A stretch of DNA of 64,000 bases from Eledone cirrhosa. Taxonomy: Eukaryota. The DNA lies in assembly GCA_964016885.1 (NCBI GenBank), contig CAXHJY010001380.1:11718-75717 (forward strand), read 5' to 3'. The translations under genes were made by a program, and so were the position numbers. Numbering within the stretch: position 1 is the stretch's first letter; each line of letters opens with the position of its first letter. This document shows, piece by piece, positions 1-49,479 of this stretch. The notes under the pieces were generated by a model. The model was given only the letters and a program-made list of their open reading frames with translations, was not told the origin of the DNA and ran no database searches.

Positions 1-1011
1 ATAGGGCATATTGTGCCTTCTTTCAGCTCCCTGGGTAGTACACCGCTAGCCAAGGAGCTTCGAAGAGCATCTTCAGTGGAGTTGCTAAGGCCCGCTTACA
101 TATTTTTAAGAAAACTGCTGGGAATCCATCAGGTCCAGCAGCCGAGTCTGTTCTAATTTCATCAATGGCGTACACCACATCCTCCTCCGTTATGTCTATG
201 TGGTTGATGGTTGCCATTTCTTGATGTAGTGTTGTGGCATCAAAGAACTCCTCTGGCTTCGTTATTTGCATGTGCCTCAGTGGACATGTGAAGACACTTT
301 TGTACTGTTCGTTCAGTATTTCACATATCTCTTGGGGTTTTTCGGTTAATCAACCGTCCGTGTGGAAGAGTGGCCCAATCTTGCAGTGTACTGAGGCAGT
401 TTCTTTTGCAAATTTAAAGAAGGCCTTAGGGTTTGTTTTAATGTTTTCTATGGCCCTGTTCTCTTTCTTTGCCCTCTCATTCTCATGTGAAAGTTTGAGT
501 GCAATCTCGGTGTCAAGTAGTGTACGTTTCAAATAGGATTCCTTCTTGTTTTTGTTTTGTTGACTATTCAACTGTTTTGAGAGTTTAGTTCTACGTCTCA
601 TAAGGATTTTCCTATCTCTGGGAATAAGATTTTTGTGTCTGTTTGCCTCTTTCTCCGGGACAAACTTTTTGTCATGAAGTGTTGAAATTGTGTGTTAGTG
701 TCTTGTGTGGCGGTGTTTTCACTCCATGTTTGCTTCCGGATTTCACTCTTAATCTTTTTCCTGTTAGCCTTGTAGAAGTTAAGGCTGGATAGCGTCCCGG
801 AGCTTCTTGGTGGCCCTGTCTCTGTTGGTTCTCTTGGACCACATATCATTAGCTCTACAAAGTTATGATCCGAGAGAATTGTTGGTGTCACCTTTACATT
901 GTGGATGAGCACTTCGTTGTTTGTAAAACAGAGGTCCAGGACATTTTCGCCTCTTGTTGGGAGGAGTATTGCTTGCTCCATGAACAGCCTGTGTGTGAGG
1001 GCCAGCAGGGA

Positions 1012-1014
<3 letters not shown>
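1..1014 (-). mobile_element. CR1-type LINE ORF2 fragment (end of endonuclease to start of RT), frameshifted
   Basis: Minus ORFs give [34 protein letters not shown] and SAAGPDGFPAVFLK; cut at the TA microsatellite. Confidence 0.85.
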
Positions 1015-3861
<2,847 letters not shown>

Positions 3862-3902
3862 ATACAAGATAATATAAAGTAATATATATGATAAACACAG
3901 AT

Positions 3903-4223
3903 ACCGTTCTGAAGGCGTCAGATCGTCGATCATGTGTTTTCCTCTCTGATGTTGCTTCATAGTCGAATCCTGAATCTTCCAATTCCTTTCTGACGCTGAG
4001 AAAGTCTGAAATTTCCTTATTTGTCCTCTTGGCACAGATTCCAAGAACTCCGTGTCTCTTCCACAAATTTGGAGGTTCAAAATTATTCATAATCAATTAT
4101 ACAGAAAATAAATAATGGAAATATAGTCACTGTTTTTATGAAGACAAGAGTGACAATGGAAGTAAAAAAAATTTGCATAAAACTAGCAGTTGAAAATTGC
4201 GAACAAATATCGTCCACACCCTG
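3903..4223 (-). mobile_element. Tc1/mariner-superfamily transposon, 5' fragment
   Basis: Minus-strand terminus TA|CAGGGTGTGGACGATA, then a transposase-like N-terminus ([25 protein letters not shown]); truncated. Confidence 0.65.
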
Positions 4224-4259
4224 TATGTGTATATATACTCTTTTACCTGTTCCAGCGAT

Positions 4260-4936
4260 CCGGCTGAGGCCATGCTGGGGCACTGCCCTTGTTGCTACAC
4301 ATTTTATCTCCAGCCGGTTGGCCACTGGTGTAAGAGGGAGTTTGTTGCTGCTGCCCTTAGGTTTCCCTCATGCCTTGCTGTGGGTTCATCCGGGATCCTG
4401 GATAGCAAGGTGTCGAGATGTTTCTTGAAGACATCCACCTCTACACCATGCTGATCTCTCAGATCCCTCGGCAGCTTGTTGAAGAGTTGAGGCTCCTTGA
4501 ATCCCAGGCTATTACAGTATCTGCTCCTTATTCTAGATGTGGCAGACGAGACCTTTGGCACCACACAGTGATGTCCTGTTCGACGGTTGGTCCAGCTCCC
4601 AATGCCAAAATTTAGTGCTAGTCCCTCCAGGATTTTCCACATGTAGATCACTGCGTATCTTTCCCGTCTTTGTTTTAAGGAGTAGAGGTTCAGTTCTTTT
4701 AGCCTCTCCCAGTAGCTTATCTCCTTCATCGTGGCAATCCTCTTGATGTAGCTTCGCTGGATTGCCTCAAGCTCCGTGGTTAGTTTGACACTATGGGGTG
4801 ACCACAACTGGGAGCAATAGTCCAGGCGACTCAGGACAAATGTCCTCCATAGTGTCAACATGGTGCCACGGTCTCTTGTCCGGAAAGTCCTCAATAGCCA
4901 GCCAGCAAGTCGTCTGCACATTGTTGCTACTTTCAT
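4260..4936 (-). mobile_element. CR1-type LINE 3' fragment
   Basis: ORF 4304-4936: WLLRTFRTRD..LSRLDYCSQLWSP..YWERLKELNLYSL..RRERY..IPDEP, typical CR1 ORF2 C-terminus. Confidence 0.88.
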
Positions 4937-5855
4937 ATATACATATATACATCATCAGCATCATCTTGATTTAACGTCTATCTTTCACGTTAGCATGGGT
5001 TAGACAAAACATACATACATACATACATGCATACATACATATATATATACATATATACAAATACACAAACCTACATACATATACACATGCATATATACAT
5101 TATATATATATATACATACATATTTACATATATGCATATATATATACGAGGTTTGTCCCAAAAGTAAGGGTACTGATTTTCATATGTACAACATGGTAAG
5201 GGAGCAGCTCGATATATATAGGTGTTTTGGTTATGATCTTGGCTGTATGTACACACTTGTTTCAACATGATCAATTGAGTTATTTCATAGAACCAGAGCT
5301 GGTTCTGGTTGGGTTGGTAACTAAAGGGTTAATTGTTACTGACTCCTTCACCAAATCCATATAATATATACATGCACAATTGCACAAACACACTCAAACT
5401 CTTTTTATCTCTTTATCTCTCAATCAATTGCCATCTCCTTTCTTCTCCTTCAAAATGATATAAAACAGGTGTTTAATTCCAGGTTAATCCTGATTGAACA
5501 GACATAGTTAAAAGTATTCCAGCTGTGACTTTTTATACATCAAGTACCATAATTACCTAATGTGAAATTATCTTATTTAAGATGGTAGAAGTCCCAAAGG
5601 TAGACTCCAAACAAGATGGTTGGATAACATCCATGAGCTCGGCTAGTCTCACTTAGGGGGATCAGTTGGAGACAGTTGCTTCTGACAGGACCCGTTGGAA
5701 GGAGTGTTTGAGGACTCTGCCCCACGAACCTCTCAGGAATAAATGGGTAAAGAAGAAGAAGGGAGTCTGACATGAAGATTTGTTTGCAAGTCAAGTGACC
5801 ATATAGAGGTAACATTGATGGCTCATAAAAATGTTTTAATAGATATCTTTCTTAC

Positions 5856-39018
<33,163 letters not shown>

Positions 39019-39619
39019 CTTATAAATAATTCACTTAGGATTCTATCATTCCACAAGAATAAAATAACTATTGGTGCTCCTACAAAAATACTGGTGGTAG
39101 CGTTGTAGTTGTCATATTTTTTGTGATTATTTGTTGCTGTTGTTATTGTAATTGTATTCTTATGGAACAGAGAGAGATGAAATCCTGAGATATTGTATCA
39201 CTTTGTTTCTTTCTTTGTTACTTACAAGACAAATGTGAAATGATCCTGATGTAAGAAGATGGACTGGTGTAGTGTAGTGAGGGGTATATCATTACAGTGT
39301 GATGTGATGTGTCCTTAGACAGTTGGTAGTGTAGAGTGATCTGTCATTTGACTGAGGGTAGTGTTGTGTGGAGTATTTCATAAGTGTGATGTGATCTGTC
39401 TTTAGAGTGGGAGTAGTATAGAGTGGGGTATATCATAACTGTGATGTCTTTAGAGTGGGGGTAGTATAATGTGGGTTATATCATAACAGTGTGGTGACTG
39501 GGGTAGTGTAGTATGGGTATATTATTAAGGTGTGATGCAATATGTCTTTAAACTGGGTCCCATACTTTCATACTTATTATCAAAGCTAAACTATTATTAC
39601 AGTGTAATGTCGAGCCGTT

Positions 39620-40172
39620 GTAATATTTGTTCTGCCTCTTTATATTCTGGGTTCAATTCCTGCCAAGGTCAGCTTTGTCTTTCATCCTTCCAGTGTCAAT
39701 AAAGTACCAGTCATATACTGGAGTTGATCTATTCAAATTTGCCAACATTGTGCCTAAATTAGAAATCATTGGTGTAGTAGCAGTATTGGTAGTGTCAGAC
39801 ACCATGCTTTGCAGCATAGAGTTATAACCCTTTACTTTCTGAGTTCAAATCCTGCTGAGGTTAACTTTGCCTTTCATCCTTATGGGGTCAATAAAATAAA
39901 GTACCAGTTTTGCACTGGGGTAATTGCTGGCCTGGTGTCAAAAATAGAAACAAGTATTACAGCATTATAATGTGATATGAAAGGGCAGTGGATTGGCAGT
40001 ATCGGTAGCGGGTCGAACGCCATGCTTTGACTCATTGAGTTACGACCCTTGCCATTCTGAGTTCAAATCCCGGCAAGGTTAACTTTGCCTTTCATCCTTA
40101 CGGGGTCGATAAAATAAAGTACCAGTAATGTACTCGGTGATTGCTGGCCTCGTGCCAAAAGTAGAAACAATT
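39620..40172 (+). mobile_element. Three tandem tRNA-derived SINE copies
   Basis: Three occurrences of GTTCAA..CTTTCATCCTT..AAAGTACCAG. Confidence 0.82.
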
Positions 40173-40259
40173 ATAATGTGCTATGTCTTAATATTAACTC
40201 GTGGAGGTTATTACTTAATATTAACTTGTTCAGTGTTGAAATTGTTGTTACGGTTACAG

Positions 40260-40995
40260 TATTGAGCTATTTACTGCTGTATTGTAATTGTTGTATTGAT
40301 ATTGATGTTGTTGTTGTATTGATAGGTATTGATATTGGTGTTGTTACTGCTGTATTGATGTTGTTGTATTGGTGTTGTTTTGATGTCACTGCCATATTGA
40401 TGTTGCTGTCATTATTGTTATTGCTGTATTGTTCTGCTGCTGCTGTTGTTGTTAATCTGCTATCTGCAGCAACTGTTGTTGTTGTTGTTATTTTGATATG
40501 TGTTGTTGTTGCTGTTGTTGTTGTTGTTGTTCTGATATGAGCTGTTGTTATTTTGCTATCTGCTGCTGCTGCTGTTCTAATATCTGCTGCTGTTATTGTC
40601 AGTGTCCTACGTGTTGTTGTTCTGCTATCTGCTGCTGTTGTTGTTCTGCGGTTGTTGTTCTGCTGTTGTTGTTCTGCTGTTGTTGTTCTGCTGTTGTTGT
40701 TCTGCTGTTGTTGTTCTGCTGTTGTTGTTCTGCTGTTGTTGTTGTTCTGTATCAGTGTAACCGACAGAAACAAAGTTTACCATGGTAACCAAGACGTTTT
40801 AACAACTTCCAAAAATACTTCATCAATTGCAGTGATGGTAGTGGTCATAGCAATGTTGTTGTTGTTGGTATTGTAGTTAGTCCTGTTGTTGTTGTTAGTC
40901 ATGGTGATGTTGGTGGTGGTGATGTTGATAGTGATGTTGGTGGTGGTGATGTTGATAGTGATGTTGGTGGTGGTGATGTTGATAGTGATGGTGTG
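40260..40995. repeat. (TTG/CTG)n low-complexity triplet repeats
   Basis: Seen directly. Confidence 0.85.
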
Positions 40996-42429
40996 TAACA
41001 AACAGATATTGGTGGAATATTGGTGATGATAAAGTGTGGAGATAGATAAAACCTCCCTGGGGTGGGGAAGGGATATTCCAAGAGTTTACGAAAAAATAAA
41101 ATCAAGAGAAAACCATGGTTTAGTTGGGCTGAAATATTTTTCAATGGATTTTTTTTGCTGTCATTTCCTGTTCTATCTCTTTATATACCTCACTCTCTCC
41201 CTCTCTCTTTATATACCTCACTCTCTCCCTCTCTCTTTATAAACCTCATTCTCTCCCTCTCTCTTTATATACCTCACTCTCTTTATATACCTCACTCTCT
41301 CGCATCTTTATAAACCTCATTTGCTCCTGTTATCTCTCTCTATATAACTTACTCTCTCCCCTCTCTCTATACCTCACTCTACCCCATCTCTATATACCTC
41401 ACTCCCTCCATCTCTCTCTATATACCTCACTCTCTCCCATAATCTCTCTCTCTATTTCTCACCCTCTCTCTATATTTCTCACATACACACTATATATATA
41501 TTTCACCTTCTCTTTATATTTCCCACTTCCTCTCTTATCTTTCACACTTTCCCTCTCTCCAGTAATTACATTATCACACCACCATTAATAACAAGAATAA
41601 TTAGAGGTTCAGGGAAATTAATACTACTACTGCTATTACTACTACCAACAACAACAACAACAACAATAATAATAATAATTAAAAAGAAAAACATTTAAAA
41701 CTAAAAAAAGACTTGTTTTGTTTTATTTATTTATTTAGCAAGAGCGGGGGGGGGGGGGGGGCCTAAAATGGTACTTCCTGTTCATGAAGTGAGGACAAGG
41801 GTTGGTGGACAAGGATTTGGTAGTGTGAGTAATTGGCTGTGTAGGAGGCAGACATTTATTTTCATAAATTATTGTTTAATCCACACTGGTATTTTCAGCA
41901 GAGTTCATGTGACATAACTACAACATAATGCTGATTTCTAATTTAGGCACAAGGCCAGCAATTTGGGAAGATGAGAAAGGAGGGGGATGTAGAGGGGAGG
42001 GTGAAATAGACTACATCAACCCCAGTACTTGACTGGTACTTTATTTTATTGACCCAAGGAAGGATGACATGTAAAGTTGACCACGGCAGAGTTTTAACAC
42101 ACAACACAAAAAGCTGGAACAAATACTGCAAAGCATTTTATCCAACACTAACTATTCTGTCAATCCTCCTCCAACAACAACAAAGATAGCTCTCCTTCAA
42201 AAGACTGCCTTTTGAGGGCACTACACATATACTCACAAAAGTGCTGTCTGTCAGGGGTCTTTATTGAGATTAGGCAGACTGTAGGAGATTCAGTAATAAT
42301 ATTTACTGTGCAAACCACCAATAATAATTGAAGAACCCCACAGTTCTACAACCACCCTAAACCACCAATCAGTTGTAGCCATTTTCACAATTTTCAACCA
42401 CCTTCAGGTAAATTCACTGGAGGAGAGCA

Positions 42430-43100
42430 TGCTCCTTCTCCACCCTCACCTTCCTTTCCAGGTGAAACTTGAAAAAGAGATTGACTGAAGAGGAATGTGT
42501 CTATCTTCAGACTTTCAGTCATGTCCGCCATACAACCTCTTTCACCATAGTCACCTAACATAAGAAAAATACTTGCTCTTCCATGTTAAAGGAGGGTGAC
42601 AGGGCGATCTTCATGATGGGCTCCGTCCTACATGTAACAACAGCTTTTCAACATAACTCTACAAGGTAGCAATAGGGCATTGAATGAGTGCATGCATGAA
42701 AACTTTGTTGCTCTGCGTGCATCTCCAACAAACCCATCTGTGACCATTTCCATGACTGTAGAGTTTACCTTGAACTGTAACTGCCAATGCCAGAGATTTC
42801 TGGAAATTATCCATGGTACCCAGGTCAAAATTCCTCTGAGCTAGACCAACATTTAAGACTTCCCTAGGAATGTCAACACACTTCCCCATTAATGATTTTC
42901 AATAGAGTGCTAATGTAGACTGGTGGAGAGCTTTAAGCAACTAATAACATTCTAGATGCCAGGCAACATGCCTGGGTCTTTTCTTCACCAACAACAAAGA
43001 CTAGATAACCATGGTGTGTGAGACGCATTAGACTGGGTGTTGAACCTGCAGAAGATTTTCTATGTATTTCATCACAGTACTGCCTCCCTGTTCTAACAGG
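42430..43100 (-). mobile_element. Degraded Tx1-type ORF2 3' fragment
   Basis: GTMDNFQKSLA and CWRC..HALIQC align to GPMDNFQKSLAW and CPRC..HALVHC of the 15341-18778 ORF2. Confidence 0.75.
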
Positions 43101-43264
43101 ATCAACTGTAGGTTACTCAACAACAGTAGCACAACATTAAGATAACAACAACAACAGAACTGCAACAACAATAATAACAACTACATCAGCTATAATACGG
43201 AAATGTAACCAATACACATTCCAAGATAATAACTCTAATTATTAGTAACTAAAATAAGCCAATC

Positions 43265-43295
<31 letters not shown>

Positions 43296-43312
43296 GTGTA
43301 TACATGTGTGAG

Positions 43313-43344
<32 letters not shown>

Positions 43345-43814
43345 TATACATGTGTGAGTATATATATCTCTCTCTATATATATATATATATATAATGTGT
43401 GAGTATATATATATATATATATATATACATATATATACATGTGTGAGTATATATATATATATATATATATATAGGAATGAGTAGGACCCGGACAGCTGAG
43501 CTCAAGCCGTTTCGACGGCTAATTCTGGTTCCTTACCACATTTCCTTTGTTATATATATATATATATATATACATACATATACACACATATATATACATA
43601 TATATATATATACACATATATATACATACATATACATACATATACATATTTATATACATATACATATTTATATACATACATACATATATATATATATATA
43701 CATACATACATATACATACACATATTTATATGCATACATACATGTATTTATATACATACATATATATATACATACATATACATACATATACATACATACA
43801 TATACACACATATA

Positions 43815-43862
<48 letters not shown>

Positions 43863-44023
43863 CACACATATATATATATATATACATACATATATATACA
43901 CATGTATATACATATACATACATATATATACATATATATACATACATACATTAATATACACATATATATACATATATACATATATATATACATATATATA
44001 CATACATATATATACATATATAC

Positions 44024-44828
44024 ATCATCATCATCATCACCGTTTTACGTCCGTTCTTCCACGCTAGCATGGGTTAGACGGGTTGTCCTGTTGTGGGCAG
44101 TGTCTGGTCGGCTGACCATGCCTTGCTCATACAGGAACTGATTTGGCTTGATTTCTACAGCTGGATGCCCTTCCTAACACCAACCTCATTTACAGTGAGT
44201 GCTGGGTGCTTTTTCGTGGCGCCTACACGTCCACTTTACAGTGTGGGCTGGGTGCTTTTTTGCCGTGGCACCTCCACGACCACCTTGCAGTGGGGGGTGT
44301 GGGGGCATATTGTCTATATGCTTCAGCTTGTACCCATGGGAGGTCGGGTACTCTGTATTACTACGTGACGCCAGAAGTCACGGTCGTGTGTCATTGTCTT
44401 TGAGAGGTGCAATTGGGTAAGGTCGGCTTTTATCACCTCATCCCAGGTCATCTTGGGTCTCCCCACTCCGCGGTTTCCATCAACTTCTAGTGCTCTGCAC
44501 CTTTTTATGCAGCTGTCATCCTTCATACGCATCACATGTCCATACCAGCGCAACCGCCTCTCCTGCACACAGCATTTGATTCCTCTTATGCTCAGTCTCT
44601 CTCTCAATTCATTTATGCTTTGTCGTTCACGTATATTACTGTTACACATCCATCGGAGCATACAGGCTTCGTTTCTCTCTAATCTACGTAAGTCTTCCAC
44701 CTTCAGCGCCCAGGTCTCACTACCATGCAACATCGCTGTTCGGATACACGCATCATACAGTCTGCCTTTCATTCTGAGGGAGAAGCCTTTTGCAGCTAGC
44801 AGTGGTAGTAGTTCCCTAAACTTCTTCC
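44024..44828 (-). mobile_element. RTE-clade LINE 3' fragment with 3' UTR and (ATG)n tail
   Basis: KGRLYDACIRTAMLHGSETW..RRLRWYGHVMR..GRPKMTW. Confidence 0.9.
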
Positions 44829-44829
44829 T

Positions 44830-47630
44830 ATATCTATGTTTATATTTAGGAAGAAAATTTAAAAAGAAAAAAGGTGAAGGAATCTAATGATTTATCGACA
44901 GGTTTCATATATTAACTAAATTACTTAATTAATTATACTACATTTTAAATTTATATTTATATTTAAACATTGAGTTTAATCTATGTCTGCAGCAACTGAA
45001 TAAATTATTCCTTAAATTAAGGGAATTTTGGGACTTTAATATAAAGAATATTTCTTCAATACAAAGATCACAATTTTCTGAAGAGGAATTAAAAGGAGTA
45101 GCTTTTGAAATAATATTCCAAGTCATCGAATATTTAACATTATCTCGTTTTAGGTCCCATAGTAGGCTAGATAGCGAAGTTGAAGATTTTTTGTTTGGAT
45201 CTGTGAAAGCATTTTTATGATTATTGAAGCGAAATTTAAATTCTGTAGAGGTAGAACCGACATAGTTAAATGAATTTAAATTACAATTGTACACTACATT
45301 TTTAGCTAAGCAGTTGTTATTTAACGGACAGTTAGATTTATTTCTACAGTTACAGTTATTCAATTGAATATTGCTTGGGTTATTATTGGTATTTTGGTTA
45401 GGTTTTAAGTTTCTATTATTAATTCTATTAATATTTTGTGCTAAATTTTTGGTGGACGAGTAAGTTAATTTTATAGTATGTCTATTAAAAATTGAGTAAT
45501 ATTTATGTGTTCTAGGGAAGCGTTTGTCAAGAGCTTTAAAAAATAGTTTAGCAATAGGGGTTTTAATATTTAGTGAGAAAGGGGGAGCAAACCATAATAT
45601 ATTTCTAGTTCTATTTCTTTTTCGGCTTTTGGAATTATTGTAATGTTTTCTATTATAGTTGATAAAGTTGTTACCATAATTAAAATTGTTATTATTTTGG
45701 TTAGTTTGCTTATTATTATTATTATCGATGTATTTAATTTTATTTCTATATCCAGCTCTATCTAACGCTTCGTTGTAATACTGCGCTTTTTCATCAAATA
45801 TATTTTTATTAGATGAAATTCTTGAAATTCGTTCTTGAACAGAGTTCACTATAGTATTTTTAACAGATCTGGGGTGATTAGAGTTAAAATTAACATAATT
45901 CAAGTTCTCATTTAGTTTGTGAAATGGATAATGAAGACATGTGTTGAGATTTAGTATTACATCTAGAAAATTGACTATTTTATGGTTATTCTCTATTTCT
46001 ACTTTTAGATTAAGGTAATTAAAAAATTGTATAATTTGTTTTCTTTTTCTATTTAGTTCACAGCTATTATTTTCTATAAGTAAAAGCATGTCGTCACGAT
46101 ATAAGCCTCCGGTTACACCTGGTATTTTTCTATGTAGCGAATTAATTATAAATAGGCCCACAAGGTCCGTTACCTGAGCTGAGTCTGATGATCCCATAGT
46201 TATGTCGAAATTATTATTTCTATCTGCCCTAGTCCAGAGTTGGTGATTAAATTCTATCAATGTTTTCCTTGCCGATAATATAATGTGCATTTCATTGCTA
46301 GTTAGGTCTGTATGTTTAAATGCGTAATTTAGTGCCTTATTCAGTAGATTAGGAGTGATAGATGAATAGTAGTTAGCAATATCCAGCTGAATAAACTTAT
46401 TATTATAGTTATATTTAATTTCTTTAAACCAATCGATAACCTCACTAGTCCCTTTTCATAATTTTAAGTAAGATAAATTAGGTAAGTTTTTAATTTGTTG
46501 TATTACTCTGTCAAGAATATTTTTGCTAAGTTTGCCCAGGTCAGATTTAGATGGTGCAATTAATCTGACTGGTAAATCATTTTCAAAGTTTCTTTTGTGA
46601 TTCTTCATATTGATCTTAGGTTTCCTTGGCATGAAGAGTTGTGTTTTATTCTCAATGTCTAATTCATGCATTATACAAGATGCATCTGTATTCAGTTTTT
46701 CAAGTTCGTCCTTATTTGCTACCTTGTACTTTTTCCTTAGTTCCTTCAATATAAGGTCGTTATAAATGTCCTTTTGTATTCCGTAAAGATTATTAGTTTT
46801 GTCCGACTTCACTAGAATTTTCTCTGTTTTCTCCAAGTTTTCAATATTATCCTTAATACTTCTTAAGTAATCCTGGCCTTTGAAGTTTTTTTTGAATTTG
46901 ATGCCTTGGATGATAGATATATCATTTTCAAAATCCATTAGTAGTTTGTTGGGGTTGGATTTTTTTTAGATTTGAAAATTTTATCCAGATTTGAAACATT
47001 TTCATTTAGATTAGATTTATCAAAGTGGAAAGCACGCCACCTGATTCTTCTTATAAAAGAGTCTGATTTTTCTATTAATTGTTTAATAAAATCTTTGTTC
47101 CGAGGTAGAGGTATGTCTTTTAGAGAAGAAGAGATCTTAAAGAATTCCATTTTTTCAGTTATAATGTAAAGCGCTCAACAATGCAGGAGCAGAATATATG
47201 CAAAAGTTCTATTTAAATTGTTGGGATACAACAAGTAAATATTTTTATAACTACTATAAAGCACTCGACAAGTATTTGGAGTTTTTTTTCTTTCTCTCCG
47301 TCTTTTTCTAATTGTCCTTAACACTTAGACTTATTAAAATAATATAAACAATTCACTATCCAGATGGCCTCCAAAAATAATGGTTGCATTTTAAAAGGGT
47401 ACGTCAAAGCTTATTTGTAAAACTGTTATATATTGTATTTTGTCTGATGAAGGAATACCATAATTTAATTTGGTATCCCTGAAATATGTATAATGAAATA
47501 AATATGGTTTTATAAATATAGTTTCCATTTATTAATATCGTATATCTACTCCAAATACTTGTCGAGTGCTTTATATCAGTTATAAAAAGATTCACCCGCT
47601 GAATCCCAACAATTTAAATAGAACTTTTGC

Positions 47631-47633
<3 letters not shown>
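44830..47633 (-). mobile_element. Penelope-like element (RT + C-terminal GIY-YIG), one frameshift and one nonsense codon, inverted partial pLTR
   Basis: FDITMGS..GLYRDD..FLDV; CNCR..CPL..VVYNC..YVGST..FKFRFNNH..CDLC..CRH; inverted repeat ~47194-47281 / 47549-47636. Confidence 0.92.
47436..47500 (+). ncRNA. Minimal type I hammerhead ribozyme in the inverted pLTR
   Basis: UAUUUUGU-CUGAUGA-AGGAAUACCA/UGGUAUCCCU-GAAAUAUGUAUA|AUGAAAUA. Confidence 0.78.
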
Positions 47634-47661
<28 letters not shown>

Positions 47662-48214
47662 TGCATATATGCAAGCGTGGAACATGGACGTTAAACGATG
47701 ATGATGATATATGTATATATATATATGTATATATATGTATATATGTATATATATATATGTATATATATATATGTATATATATATATATGTATATGTATAT
47801 ATATATATGTATATATATATATGTATATATATATATGTATATATGTATATATATATGTATATATATATGTATACATATATATATATGTATCATCATTTCA
47901 TTTTACGTCCACTTTTTCCCTGCTTGCAAGGGTGGGACGGGAACTGATTCTGGCTTGATTTCTACAGCTGGATGCCCTTCCTAACACCAACCTCATTTAC
48001 AGTGAGTGCTGGGTGTTTTTTTGCCGTGGCACCTCCACATGTATATATATATGTATATATATATGTATACATATATATATATATATATGTATATCATCAT
48101 ATATATATATATACACATATACATATATATACATATACATACACATATATATACATATATACATATATATATACATATATATATATACATACAGACATAT
48201 ATATACATATATAT

Positions 48215-48486
48215 GGTGGCTGCCAACTCGTTTTCGAGTACGGCCACTACTTTATATCCATGTAGGAGAACCCCTACCGATGTGCTGAACGAGTGTGACT
48301 TTTTAGTCCAGCCAGCGACTTGAAAACTCTGGTACAAACTCTACACTTGTGACAATTATTGACACATAGTGCTGGGCCCATGGTACCATGTGATGCCAAG
48401 TGCAAGATCTCCAGATATAAAGCAATGCCTGCGCCGTGAAGCTTTTATAGTGAGCAAAAGCACTGCACAAAGCCAGTCCCACTCTC
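48215..48486 (-). mobile_element. 3' part of an RTE-derived non-autonomous element
   Basis: Near-identical to 58828-59102. Confidence 0.72.
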
Positions 48487-48489
48487 TAT

Positions 48490-49145
48490 ATCATCATCAT
48501 CTAACGTCCATCTTCCACGCTTGCATGGGTTTGGATGGGAGTTTTCCCACTTGAAGCAAGATTGGTTGTCCTGCTCGTATAGGACTCTGGCGGGTTTTCT
48601 ACGGCTGGATGTCCTTCCTAACACCAACCACGTTTACAGTGTGGACTGGGAGGTTTTTACTGTGTTACCTACATGGCCACATTACAGCGTGGACTGTGTG
48701 TTTTTTGTCGTGACACCTACACGTCTGGCGGGTTTTCTACGGCTGGGTGCCCTTCCCAACACCAACCACGTTTACAGTGTGTCTGGAGGTTTTTACCGTG
48801 TTACCTATACGGCCACATTACAGCGTGGACTGTTTTTTTTTTGTCGTGACACCTACACAACATCATTTGTTTCGAACAGGATGTTGTGGTACCAACATAA
48901 CTTCACATTTAAGGGGGTGGTGTGGATGGGTGGGGGTAGTGGGACGGGGGTGTATTTTGTTAGAGGTGCCTACTGACTGTAGGTTTCGCTTTGTACTTAG
49001 ACAAGGCGGGTCTTCTGTATAACTGTGTAGCGCCAAAGATCTCGGTCCAGTGACATTGTCTTGGAGAGGTGTAAGTGTGTGAGGTCGGAATTTATCAAGT
49101 CGTCCCAGGTTTTTCTGGGTCTGCCTACTCCGTGGCTACCATCTA
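48490..49145 (-). mobile_element. RTE-clade 3' fragment with internally duplicated 3' UTR
   Basis: [23 protein letters not shown]; 48586-48722 repeated at 48725-48858. Confidence 0.85.
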
Positions 49146-49479
49146 TTTTTATATATATATATACATATACACATATATATACATATATATACATATACAT
49201 ATATATGCATATATATACATATACATATACATATATATACATATACATATATATACATATACATATATATACATATATATACATATACATATATATACAT
49301 ATACATATATATACATATACATATATATACATATATATACATATACATATATATACATATATATACATATACATCTATATACATATACATATATATACAT
49401 ATATATACATATATATACATATACATATATACACACATACATATATAGACATATACATATATATACATATATATACATA

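Noticed and set aside
40178-41144. Thr/Gln/Asn-rich or poly-Cys ORFs as formin 5' exons
   Set aside because: Triplet low-complexity sequence with no convincing splice sites or phase link.
41745-41790. Poly-G run and ACTTCCTGT (ETS-like) motif as promoter
   Set aside because: Short motifs alone are insufficient without TSS data.
44890-44910. GAAACCUGUC at the PLE 3' end
   Set aside because: The 5' half of a hammerhead is missing.
46456-46458. In-frame TGA in the PLE ORF as possible selenocysteine
   Set aside because: Context KL*KGTSEVIDWF fits a Trp (TGG to TGA) position rather than Cys; no SECIS recognised; copy also has a frameshift.
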